DNA of 43,844 nt from a virus (IMGVR_UViG_3300037483_000080:1-43844); one strand, 5' to 3'. Shown: positions 1 to 7,823, counted from the first letter of the stretch. Program-made: numbers and translations. Notes: generated by a model from the sequence alone, not told the origin.

Positions 1-127
1 GAACTGCTGCGGCTGCGCTGTTCGGTACGGCTGTAGCGGCATGCGTCGTCACGTTCGGATCGCTGGGTGCAGCCGCGAACGGCACGGCAGGTTCTGCTCC
101 GACCGTTGACGGCACGATCGGGTATTT
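1..127. repeat. Terminal direct repeat (copy 1), identical to 43718-43844; contig is circular
   Basis: Exact 127-nt identity between the two ends; one ORF reads through the junction. Confidence 0.97.
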
Positions 128-287
128 CGGCGGGCTTGGTTCGATCAACTTGGGCGCTGGCACGGTGCATACCCTGTTGGCCGGCACGCCATACGTTGGA
201 CCTGGCGAGTTCATCGGCTACAAACACACCGCCGGAACGATTCTTAGCGGCTTCCGCGTGACCATCGCGTACGTGATGGGGAAGTAA
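1..287 (+). CDS. 3' part of putative capsid decoration/cement protein (142 aa in total; begins at 43576 and crosses the junction)
   Basis: Own translation across the junction, ending ...NGTAGSAPTVDGTIG...RVTIAYVMGK* (TAA 285-287); follows the major capsid gene; Gly/Thr/Ala-rich. Confidence 0.7.
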   Translation, partial: TAAAALFGTAVAACVVTFGSLGAAANGTAGSAPTVDGTIGYFGGLGSINLGAGTVHTLLAGTPYVGPGEFIGYKHTAGTILSGFRVTIAYVMGK

Positions 288-298
288 GCGACCATGAA

Positions 299-376
299 AC
301 GCACGGATAGGGTTGCAACCCGAAAAGGCGTAGTCCCCCGCGCCTTCCGTGCGTCGTCGGGGGAATCATGGGGGAC
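299..376 (+). promoter_or_regulatory. Candidate cis-regulatory RNA: three-way junction with anti-SD loop upstream of the glycosyltransferase
   Basis: P1 ACGCACGGA(299-307)/TCCGTGCGT(346-354); P2 GGGT/ACCC (310-321); P3 AGGCG/CGCCT (326-345); loop complementary to CGGGGGA (358-364) and to the SD GGGGGAC (370-376). Confidence 0.6.
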
Positions 377-384
377 ATGACGAG

Positions 385-1572
385 ATGAACATCAACTGGT
401 TTTCAAATGCGCCGTGGGCAGCCACGGGCTACGGCGTGCAAACAAAATTGTTCGCGCCGCGCCTAAAAGAACTGGGCCACGACATTGCGATCACGGCGTT
501 CTATGGCCTAGAAGGATCGGTCATCAACTGGAACGGTATCCAGATTTACCCGCGTTGGGCGCACGGCTACGGCCTGGACATCATGGCGGCGCACGCGAAG
601 CGCCAGAAGGCGGACATCGTTTTAACGCTGCTGGATGCGTGGGTCTTCGATGCAAACTCATTACGCGCGCAGAACGTCAAGTGGGTGCCGTGGTTCATGG
701 TGGATGGTGAGCCTTTGCAGTTGGCGGTGTACAGGCAGATCAAGGAATCGTTTCGTCCGATCTGCTGCTCACTGAACGCGCAACGGGCCTGCAAGTTAGC
801 CGGACTTGACGCGCTCTATGTGCCGCTCGGCACGGATTGCAGCGTGTACAAGCCGCTGGGCGACAAACAGGCTATTCGTGGCATGATGAGGTTTCCAACC
901 GACAAATTCATCGTCGGCATGGTGGCAGCGAACAAAGACCCTGGCGATCGCAAATGCTTCTTTCAGCAGATTGAAGCGTTCGCGCAGTTCCACCGCAAAC
1001 ACCCGGACACATTTCTGTACATGCACACGCAGCATCAGGTACAGCCGGGCGTAGGTTATGCGGCGCTGAACCTGAAAGAGTACGCGGAGTATCATGGACT
1101 TGTCGAAGAAAGTGATTTCGGCTTCTGCGATCAATACTGCTACATCCTCGGCTTCTCGGATCAGCACATGGTCAACACCTACAACGCCTTTGACGTACTC
1201 CTGAACGTATCGCGCGGCGAAGGCTTCGGCGTGCCGATCGTTGAGGCGCAAGCGTGCGGTACGCCCGTCATCATTGGCGACTGGACAGCGATGGAAGATT
1301 TGTGTTTCGCTGGCTGGAAGGTCGGACGCAAAGAGGCAGCGCGCTCGTGGAACGGGCAAGGCTCGTATCAGTTCACGCCTACCGTCGAAGCGATTACCGG
1401 GCGGCTAGAATTGGCCTATCGCACATCTGGCAAAAAATGGCCGGAGGCGGCAGAAGGCGTCAAGGTTTACGATGCCGACTACATCACCGAACATCACTGG
1501 AAGCCAGCGATTGCAGCGCTTCAAGACATGCTCAGCGGGCAGGATACCGAATTGAAGTTGGTGAAGTTCTAA
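385..1572 (+). CDS. GT-B fold glycosyltransferase (GT4 family)
   Basis: N-terminal TGYG motif; C-terminal SRGEGFGVPIVEAQACGTPVI (E-x7-E) motif; ATG 385 with GGGGGA SD. Confidence 0.92.
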   Translation: MNINWFSNAPWAATGYGVQTKLFAPRLKELGHDIAITAFYGLEGSVINWNGIQIYPRWAHGYGLDIMAAHAKRQKADIVLTLLDAWVFDANSLRAQNVKWVPWFMVDGEPLQLAVYRQIKESFRPICCSLNAQRACKLAGLDALYVPLGTDCSVYKPLGDKQAIRGMMRFPTDKFIVGMVAANKDPGDRKCFFQQIEAFAQFHRKHPDTFLYMHTQHQVQPGVGYAALNLKEYAEYHGLVEESDFGFCDQYCYILGFSDQHMVNTYNAFDVLLNVSRGEGFGVPIVEAQACGTPVIIGDWTAMEDLCFAGWKVGRKEAARSWNGQGSYQFTPTVEAITGRLELAYRTSGKKWPEAAEGVKVYDADYITEHHWKPAIAALQDMLSGQDTELKLVKF

Positions 1573-1805
1573 TGAACATGCTAACTGGATTTGTCTCACG
1601 TCGAACCGATGGATTATTCGATTGGTACAAGTTCGATGTAAAGCCACCTTCATCTGGCGATGCTTCCATTGGCTGTAAATTGGCTGGTATTGTACGAGAG
1701 GTACATCCAGCGTGTAACGATAACGGCGGTACACTGGCGATTCTGAATTACCCTCCGGGTACAAATATATGGGTTGAGATAGTCAATGAAAATCCAACTC
1801 CTTAA
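1572..1805 (+). CDS. Hypothetical protein (77 aa) in the modification cassette
   Basis: ATG overlaps the GT4 stop (TAATG); end overlaps the next start. Confidence 0.6.
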   Translation: MNMLTGFVSRRTDGLFDWYKFDVKPPSSGDASIGCKLAGIVREVHPACNDNGGTLAILNYPPGTNIWVEIVNENPTP

Positions 1806-3051
1806 CCCGCCAATCCACCACTACACCGGGCGGCAGTACCGCATGATGCCGCCGATCAACCTGCCGACGATCGCGGCGCTGCTGTCTGCCGCCGGCCACT
1901 ACGCTGAGGTAATCGACCTCGAAGCGTTGGCCGTCACGCCAGAGCGGCTTGAGCATGCGTACAAAGCGCAGCGCGAGTCATGGCCGGACGTGATCGGTAT
2001 CACGAGCATGACGATCACTTCACGCGGTGCAATGGATACCGTGCAAGCGCTGCGCCGTGCTGGCTTCGACGGCAAGATCATCGCGGGCGGCATCTACCCG
2101 ACGGAGAACGCGCAGAAGTGTATCGATGACTGGGGCGTTGATCTCGTTGTTGTCGGTGAGTGCGAGGGCAACGTTGTAGAGATATTCGAGAGGGGTGCGC
2201 CTGGCGTACATCTCGGCCAGCGTATGCCGATCGAGGACATCCCTGCACCCGACTGGCAGCACCACAACCCGCCGATCGGCGATTACAACGGCAACACGCG
2301 CTTGATCAATCCGAAGCCGGGCATCAGCATGTGGTCACGCGGGTGCCCGTTCCAGTGCGTGTTCTGTAGTGACAATCTCTTCAATGGGCAGCCGATCCGC
2401 TATCGCCCGCCGGCGCTCATTGAGCAAGAGATGCGCGAACTCAAGCGGCGCGGCTGCCTGAATTGCTATGTGTACGACGATGAGCTTGTCGGCACGAAGT
2501 TGCCGCATGGCTGGATCGAGGACATCGCCGATCGCATCGAAGACTTGCATTTGCCGTACATCACGCAGGGGCACTGCAACCGCAACACCATCACGCCTGA
2601 ATCAATGAGCCACGTCAAGCGCAGCGGTTGCAGGGTGATCTTTTGGGGCCTGGAATCGTTCAGCGAAAACGTGCTCCTGGCGATCAAGAAACGGATCAAA
2701 GAAGTGGACATCTGGCACACGCTCAAGGTGTCGCACGAAGCCGGGATCGAGAACGCCGTATTCACGATGGTGGGCAACTACAAAGAGACTGTAGCCGATT
2801 TGGAGCACACCTACAACTGCTTGAAGAAAGCGCACGCCGATGGCCTGATCCAATACCGGCAAACAACCGTCTGCACAGGGATGCCTGGGACACCGCTTGA
2901 GAAGATCATGAAGGCTGAGGGCTGGTGGACAGAGCCGCCGGAGTACGGGCCGCAGATGGCGCAAGTCTACAGCCCGACGCCGTGGTTGACGATGCAAGAG
3001 ATCATGTACTGGGCGAACAAATTTCAGGAAACGTGTCCGGGGGTGCCATGA
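1786..3051 (+). CDS. Cobalamin-binding radical SAM enzyme (class B methyltransferase-like)
   Basis: B12-binding domain (PPINLPTIAALL...PDVIGIT...IIAGGIYPT...VVVGECE), then SRGCPFQCVFC (CxxxCxxC), YDDE and GLES motifs. Confidence 0.92.
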   Translation: MKIQLLNPPIHHYTGRQYRMMPPINLPTIAALLSAAGHYAEVIDLEALAVTPERLEHAYKAQRESWPDVIGITSMTITSRGAMDTVQALRRAGFDGKIIAGGIYPTENAQKCIDDWGVDLVVVGECEGNVVEIFERGAPGVHLGQRMPIEDIPAPDWQHHNPPIGDYNGNTRLINPKPGISMWSRGCPFQCVFCSDNLFNGQPIRYRPPALIEQEMRELKRRGCLNCYVYDDELVGTKLPHGWIEDIADRIEDLHLPYITQGHCNRNTITPESMSHVKRSGCRVIFWGLESFSENVLLAIKKRIKEVDIWHTLKVSHEAGIENAVFTMVGNYKETVADLEHTYNCLKKAHADGLIQYRQTTVCTGMPGTPLEKIMKAEGWWTEPPEYGPQMAQVYSPTPWLTMQEIMYWANKFQETCPGVP

Positions 3052-3281
3052 ATAAAGCAACGAAGGTAAGGCAGGCTGAAGTAAAAACTGAAGCGGCGGT
3101 AGAAGAAGTAGAAACTCGCGGCAACACCGCAATCATGCGAGTAGTCACGCCGTACACCGACGACATGATGACGGTACTCGAAGAACGCCTCGACGCTCAA
3201 TTTGATGATGGCTTCAAAGTTGCCGCGTGTGTTCCGTACGGCGTCGATCGCATGGTCGTCATTTTGCAGAAGGCCGCATGA
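3048..3281 (+). CDS. Hypothetical protein (77 aa)
   Basis: ATGA overlap with the upstream stop; plausible composition. Confidence 0.65.
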   Translation: MNKATKVRQAEVKTEAAVEEVETRGNTAIMRVVTPYTDDMMTVLEERLDAQFDDGFKVAACVPYGVDRMVVILQKAA

Positions 3282-3463
3282 GTAATAAAAGTGCGCCTTT
3301 CGGCGCACTGCTGGATAACATCCTATCAGATATTCAATCGGGCGCTATATCATTCGCCACGGATTTACGGGTCGCTCGGCCTCTGACGCCACTTAATCGG
3401 AGTGTGATGTCTAGCGATAAATCAATCCAGCGAATATATTATAACACGGTTTGTCAAGCATGA
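3278..3463 (+). CDS. Possible 61-aa translational-coupling ORF antisense to the candidate ncRNA
   Basis: ATGA overlaps at both ends; the peptide is largely the translation of terminator and promoter DNA. Confidence 0.35.
   Translation: MSNKSAPFGALLDNILSDIQSGAISFATDLRVARPLTPLNRSVMSSDKSIQRIYYNTVCQA
3284..3309 (-). terminator. Intrinsic terminator
   Basis: Minus strand AGTGCGCC-GAAA-GGCGCACT followed by TTTATT. Confidence 0.8.
3284..3431 (-). ncRNA. Candidate ~148-nt structured ncRNA (unrecognised family)
   Basis: Extended -10 just upstream; 5' GCUGGAU pairs with AUCCAGC directly before an intrinsic terminator; nested internal helices; no useful minus-strand ORF. Confidence 0.7.
3438..3446 (-). 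promoter_or_regulatory. Extended -10 promoter TGTTATAAT
   Basis: Predicted +1 (G3431) is 7 nt downstream and is the first base of the closing stem. Confidence 0.6.
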
Positions 3464-4113
3464 ACAAAGCGATCGTTACATTCGGCGTAGGACCACACCG
3501 CGAATACCTTAGCATCGCGCGCCCATCGTTTCAGGCGTTCGCTAAGCGGCACGGCTACGACTATTTTGAAGCCGATCAAATCGGGAGGCTGCGCCCGCCG
3601 GCCTGGTACAAGGTGAAGTGCTTGATCGATCTGCTTAAGCAGTGTGACCTGGCGGCATTCTTCGGCTGCGATCTCGTCGTCGTTGACGGGCGCGATGACT
3701 TTCCGCTACCTGATACCGATTGGTGGCAGGCTATGGTCACGCACCACACGCAATGTGGTGACGTTCCGAATGACGACATGTGGATTTGCAAGCGTGACAT
3801 GCTGCCGTGGCTTGAGCGTGTGTGGGCGCTTGGTGGCAAGTACCTAAATCATGGGTGGTGGGAGCAGGCTGCGCTCATGGAGTTGATGGCCTACGACCCG
3901 GCGATTAATAATTTTCCGACGCATTGCAATGACATCTGCAACGAACTCTACCAGCATACGCTCTGGTTGCCGAATGAGTGGAACGTGCATTGCTGGGACA
4001 AGCCGCAGCCGTCGCATACGCGCATTCAGCACGCGACGATGTGGCCGGACAGGGCGTCGATTATGAGGCAGTGGGCGCACGAAGCTGAGGAGTGGATCGG
4101 TGAGATACGTTGA
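3460..4113 (+). CDS. GT-A glycosyltransferase, GT34 (GMA12/MNN10)-like
   Basis: FAKRHGYDY, PAWYKV, WWEQAAL and LPNEWN motifs; usual DxD appears as GCD. Confidence 0.75.
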   Translation: MNKAIVTFGVGPHREYLSIARPSFQAFAKRHGYDYFEADQIGRLRPPAWYKVKCLIDLLKQCDLAAFFGCDLVVVDGRDDFPLPDTDWWQAMVTHHTQCGDVPNDDMWICKRDMLPWLERVWALGGKYLNHGWWEQAALMELMAYDPAINNFPTHCNDICNELYQHTLWLPNEWNVHCWDKPQPSHTRIQHATMWPDRASIMRQWAHEAEEWIGEIR

Positions 4114-5170
4114 TCCCGTCGGCAAGATTCTAGCGCACGTTGACCGCCTGGCCGCGTGGAAGCAGGGCACGCACGCAGCGCCGATCAACATCGAGTGGGA
4201 CTTGAGTAACCGCTGCTCGTTGGGTTGCGCGGGTTGCCACTTCGCTTACACGCACACGCGCGGGCCGCTGGCCGGCAAGCGCGACAAGCCGCATGACTTC
4301 GTTGACGGCGGAGATATTGCAGACACGAACATGGTCAAGCGCGCGCTGTACGAAGCGAAGGAAGCGGGCGTGTTGTCAGCGACGTGGACCGGCGGCGGTG
4401 AGCCGACATTGCATCCAGATTTTGACGAGATCGTGCGCTATGCAGATTCGCTTGGCCTGCGGCAGGGGCTGTACACGCACGGCGGGCACATCAACGAAGC
4501 GCGCGGGAAGATGCTTGGCGATGTGTTAGATTGGATCGTTGTGTCGGTGGATTGCGTTGACGCTGAATCATACGCGGCCTACAAGGGCGTGTCTCAAAAC
4601 TGGTTTAGCAAGATGCTGGCTGGCGTGTCTAATCTGCGGCATGGTAAATCAGTCGTCGGTGTGTCGTTCTTGCTGGGCAAGGACAACTGGACGCAGGCGC
4701 GCGACATGTTAAAACTTGCGCGAGAGATGGGCGTTGACTACGCCACGTTCAGGCCGATGATTGAGTACAGCATGGACGATCCGTCAATGCCTGCCGGTAA
4801 CGTATCGTGGATTACGCAGGCGCTGCCCATGCTCGAATTGCTGTCTAATCAACCTGACGTTGAGTGCATCCCTGAGCGGTTCATCGAATACCGGGACTGG
4901 CAATACCGGCGCGAGTATGGCGCGTGCTACGGCATCCGCTTTAACACCGTGGTCACGCCGAACGGCAAGGTATTCGTATGCGTCAATCGGCGCGAGTTTG
5001 CCGGGAGCGAGTTGGGCGATCTGTCGGTTGAATCGTTCGCCTCTATTTGGGCGCGGCACCCCGGCGAATGGCGCGACTTCGAGAAATGCCGTGTGCTGTG
5101 CCGCTTGCACATGATCAACAAAACGGTGTGGGATGTTCACCGCCCGCGCCAGCATGTGGAGTTTGTCTAA
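4100..5170 (+). CDS. Radical SAM enzyme with C-terminal SPASM/twitch Fe-S domain
   Basis: LSNRCSLGCAGC, TGGGEPTLHP; C-terminal ACYG...VTPNGKVFVC...LGDL...IW...C..C. Confidence 0.92.
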   Translation: MRYVDPVGKILAHVDRLAAWKQGTHAAPINIEWDLSNRCSLGCAGCHFAYTHTRGPLAGKRDKPHDFVDGGDIADTNMVKRALYEAKEAGVLSATWTGGGEPTLHPDFDEIVRYADSLGLRQGLYTHGGHINEARGKMLGDVLDWIVVSVDCVDAESYAAYKGVSQNWFSKMLAGVSNLRHGKSVVGVSFLLGKDNWTQARDMLKLAREMGVDYATFRPMIEYSMDDPSMPAGNVSWITQALPMLELLSNQPDVECIPERFIEYRDWQYRREYGACYGIRFNTVVTPNGKVFVCVNRREFAGSELGDLSVESFASIWARHPGEWRDFEKCRVLCRLHMINKTVWDVHRPRQHVEFV

Positions 5171-5757
5171 TGACTGTCACGCCGCGTACCCCAGGCATGG
5201 ACGATCTCGTACAGCAGTTGCGCGAGTTGGCCGATGTCGGCACCGCTGATTTCGTCATCGCATCAGACACATACTGGTCCTACGAGCATTTGCAAACTGC
5301 TCTCGATCGGCACCGCATCACAATTTACCAGCAGGAGTTGGAGCAGTGGCCGACGTTGAACACGTCAAACGTGTTCGTGTACCAGGAATACCGCGCGCCA
5401 ATCGGCAACCTTGAGAGCGGAACCGCAGTATTCAGCGTGCAGCAACTAAACGGCGGCACGGCACCCGCCTACACCGTGGACTACAACACAGGCGTGATCA
5501 CGTTCACGGCTGACACGGCAGGCACTGCCTACATGTTGTCTGCGCGCGCCTACGATGTCTACGCGGCGGCTGCGGATGTGTGGCGCGCTAAGATGGCGAA
5601 TGCGGCAAAGTATTTTGACTTCTCGACTGATAATCACAGTTTCAAAAAGTCGCAGTTCAAGTCCAATTGTTTAGAGATGGCTAAGTATTTCGACAGTCAG
5701 AGTATGACTAACTCGTTTAGCGTGACAACTATCACGCGCTCGGACGTGAACGCATGA
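5170..5757 (+). CDS. Head-tail connector (neck) protein, putative
   Basis: First gene of the neck block; YDVYAAAADVWRAK motif typical of adaptors. Confidence 0.6.
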   Translation: MTVTPRTPGMDDLVQQLRELADVGTADFVIASDTYWSYEHLQTALDRHRITIYQQELEQWPTLNTSNVFVYQEYRAPIGNLESGTAVFSVQQLNGGTAPAYTVDYNTGVITFTADTAGTAYMLSARAYDVYAAAADVWRAKMANAAKYFDFSTDNHSFKKSQFKSNCLEMAKYFDSQSMTNSFSVTTITRSDVNA

Positions 5758-6125
5758 CGGCGCTCTTAAACAGCAGTGAACTAACGTGGATGCGCGCAGT
5801 CGTTGACGGCGTGCTGCCGGATACGTGCAACATCCTCAGTGAGTCGCTTGCGCCTGACGGCGAGGGCGGCGTTACCTCGACGTGGGGCACCGTGTACACT
5901 GACAGGCCGTGCCGGCTGGATAGCGCTGTTCGCACCGCTGACGAAGTGTCGATAGTGGGTGGCGGTCGCAAGGCAGTACATCAATACATGCTCAGTCTCG
6001 CGGATGACACCACGATCAACGCAGGGAATCGGGTCGAGATCAGCACATCCACGTATACCGTCGTTAGCGTCAATGATAATCAGTCGTGGATGGCAGTTGG
6101 CCGCGCCGTGTTGGAGTTGATCTAA
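5754..6125 (+). CDS. Head closure/stopper protein, putative
   Basis: PDGEGG...W.TV...PCRL pattern; gene order. Confidence 0.7.
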   Translation: MTALLNSSELTWMRAVVDGVLPDTCNILSESLAPDGEGGVTSTWGTVYTDRPCRLDSAVRTADEVSIVGGGRKAVHQYMLSLADDTTINAGNRVEISTSTYTVVSVNDNQSWMAVGRAVLELI

Positions 6126-6493
6126 TGAGCAAGATTAAACTTGACACGACGAAATTGGATCAACTTCTGGCTTCGATACCCGGCGATGTAGATGAGGTTG
6201 TCGGAAAAGCGGCGATGCTGATCGAGCAACAGGCGAGGTTGCAAGTTAATAGTTGGCCCAGGGCAAAGATGTATGTACGCACTGGCGCGCTGGCAAATGG
6301 CATCATGGCAGAACGGATAAAGCGCGGTTTTTGGTCTGTGCATGATAGCGTAGAGTACGGCGTATTTTGGGAACTTGGTCATCACAATATCTTTTTGCGC
6401 CGCTATGTGCGCAGGCCGTTTTTCACACCCGCGATCATGTACGTGGGTTCAAAGTTTGCGCAGATATTAGCGCAAGGATTATTCAATGAGTAG
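6125..6493 (+). CDS. HK97 gp10-like tail completion protein
   Basis: VRTGALANGI, VEYGVFWELG and RPFFTPA motifs. Confidence 0.8.
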   Translation: MSKIKLDTTKLDQLLASIPGDVDEVVGKAAMLIEQQARLQVNSWPRAKMYVRTGALANGIMAERIKRGFWSVHDSVEYGVFWELGHHNIFLRRYVRRPFFTPAIMYVGSKFAQILAQGLFNE

Positions 6494-6707
6494 GCCAAAT
6501 CTATACGCTATCGAAACTCGACCAGGAAAAACGCGCATTTTTTCCGTTAGCCAAATCGTTGTAGAGGCTGGTTTGACATCAAGGCGGGCGGCGCGCAGAC
6601 TCATTAATCGCGCAGTAAAATCAGGTGAAGTAAAACGGCTGAGGCGCAGGAACGGGCACGGCGGGACAATGATACCAAAAGAGAACACATCGAATGAGCG
6701 CATTTAA
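6486..6707 (+). CDS. Small basic protein, S4-like or winged-helix nucleic-acid-binding domain
   Basis: IVVEAGLTSRRAARRLI resembles the S4 motif; overlaps both neighbours. Confidence 0.5.
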   Translation: MSRPNLYAIETRPGKTRIFSVSQIVVEAGLTSRRAARRLINRAVKSGEVKRLRRRNGHGGTMIPKENTSNERI

Positions 6708-7113
6708 CGCGCTGGGCGCTGCGATCTACAGCAAACTTTCTGGTGGCACTGCGCTGACAGCACTGCTCAGCGGCGGCACGGCATCGATCTACAACGTCGA
6801 AGCGCCGTTCGAGGCGTCCTATGATTACGTGATCTTCAACGTGCAGGGCGGCGTTGAGTCGAACGACAGCGGACACCGCGTCAAGGACATTACTCTACAG
6901 GTACGCGCTTACTCAACGGCGCTTAATCGCGCGGGCACAATAGATTTGCGCTGTGATACGCTATTGCACGGCGGCACGTTGAACATCACAGGCTGGACGT
7001 GTGTGTTTGGGCCGGTGCGGGCGCAGGACATCGAGATCGTGGAATACGACGAAGCACATAGGCCGATCTACACACGCGGCGGGCTGTACGACATCAAAAT
7101 CGAGAAGGTGTAA
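6694..7113 (+). CDS. Tail terminator protein, putative
   Basis: AIYSKL...IYNVEAP...YVIF pattern; precedes the tail tube gene. Confidence 0.72.
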   Translation: MSAFNALGAAIYSKLSGGTALTALLSGGTASIYNVEAPFEASYDYVIFNVQGGVESNDSGHRVKDITLQVRAYSTALNRAGTIDLRCDTLLHGGTLNITGWTCVFGPVRAQDIEIVEYDEAHRPIYTRGGLYDIKIEKV

Positions 7114-7122
7114 AGGAGCATC

Positions 7123-7539
7123 ATGCCAGAATATGCTGGAAGCGCAGTTGTTTTGCAGTGGATTTGGAGCGGCGGCACATTGAACATGAGCGGCGACACG
7201 CGCAGTTGCAACATCACGCCGTCAATGGACACCATCGACGCAACGGCTGGCAGCGACCCTAACAAGGTGTATCTGCCGTCATTCGTTGACTGGGAAGTGT
7301 CGTGGGATGGCGTTGCGCAGAACGGCACCGCTGGCACCGTGTACTCACAGGCGCTTTTGCCCGGTGCTAACGGCACGGTGCAGGTCGGGCCGTATGGCAC
7401 CGCCGGGAGCGCGCTAAAGTTTTCCATGCCCGCGTTTTGCATGGGCGGCGCGATCACGCTGCCATACTCGGACGTGGCGAGTGTCACCGCGTCGTGGAAG
7501 ACGGCGAGCGGCGGTAGCGCAACTTGGGGCACGTTCTAA
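7123..7539 (+). CDS. Major tail (tube) protein
   Basis: Strong AAGGAG SD; size and position before the chaperones and tape measure. Confidence 0.78.
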   Translation: MPEYAGSAVVLQWIWSGGTLNMSGDTRSCNITPSMDTIDATAGSDPNKVYLPSFVDWEVSWDGVAQNGTAGTVYSQALLPGANGTVQVGPYGTAGSALKFSMPAFCMGGAITLPYSDVASVTASWKTASGGSATWGTF

Positions 7540-7547
7540 GGAGCGTC

Positions 7548-7823
7548 ATGAATACAGGGGGAAAGCAAATCACGCTGTCCAATGGCCGCACACTGACGAT
7601 TGATCTGTACACGATCTCAATGAAAGAGTATCGCGGCCTATTCGATCCGTCGCAGTCTGCGGAGCAAGACGATGCTGTATACGCTAAGGTGCTGGGCATC
7701 ACGGCTGAAGAACTGGCGGATATGCCGCAGCCAGATTACCGCTGGGCCTGCCGCTCGGTGTTGGACGCCGCGAAAGAGCCACTGGCAGACCCAAACTCTC
7801 AAAGCGTGTCTACTACGCCCTAA
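7548..7823 (+). CDS. Tail assembly chaperone (lambda gpG-like)
   Basis: AAGGAG SD; position; slippery heptamer near the 3' end. Confidence 0.78.
   Translation: MNTGGKQITLSNGRTLTIDLYTISMKEYRGLFDPSQSAEQDDAVYAKVLGITAEELADMPQPDYRWACRSVLDAAKEPLADPNSQSVSTTP
7790..7796 (+). other. Programmed -1 frameshift site C CCA AAC
   Basis: In-frame X XXY YYZ heptamer; the -1 frame stays open to 8017. Confidence 0.8.

Noticed and set aside
1-127. Terminal repeat as a biological DTR or att site
   Set aside because: It lies mid-gene, and 127 nt matches a common assembler k-mer overlap; a PBSX-type terminase usually implies headful packaging
349-384. Upstream GTG start for the GT4 gene
   Set aside because: It lies inside the RNA stem; ATG 385 has an SD and starts the recognisable fold
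3341-3412. HDV-like ribozyme in the antisense RNA (CAC-UCC..GUG, GG and GGCGAAUG in the right order)
   Set aside because: No upstream P1 strand pairs with GCGUCAGA and P4 is weak; only a self-cleavage assay could rescue this
3452-3457. TTGACA as the -35 of the ncRNA promoter
   Set aside because: Only 8 nt from TATAAT; the promoter call rests on the extended -10
385-5170. Cassette as a DNA hypermodification pathway
   Set aside because: Disfavoured, not excluded: late structural location, no base-activating enzyme or polymerase, and the C5 MTase is unlinked
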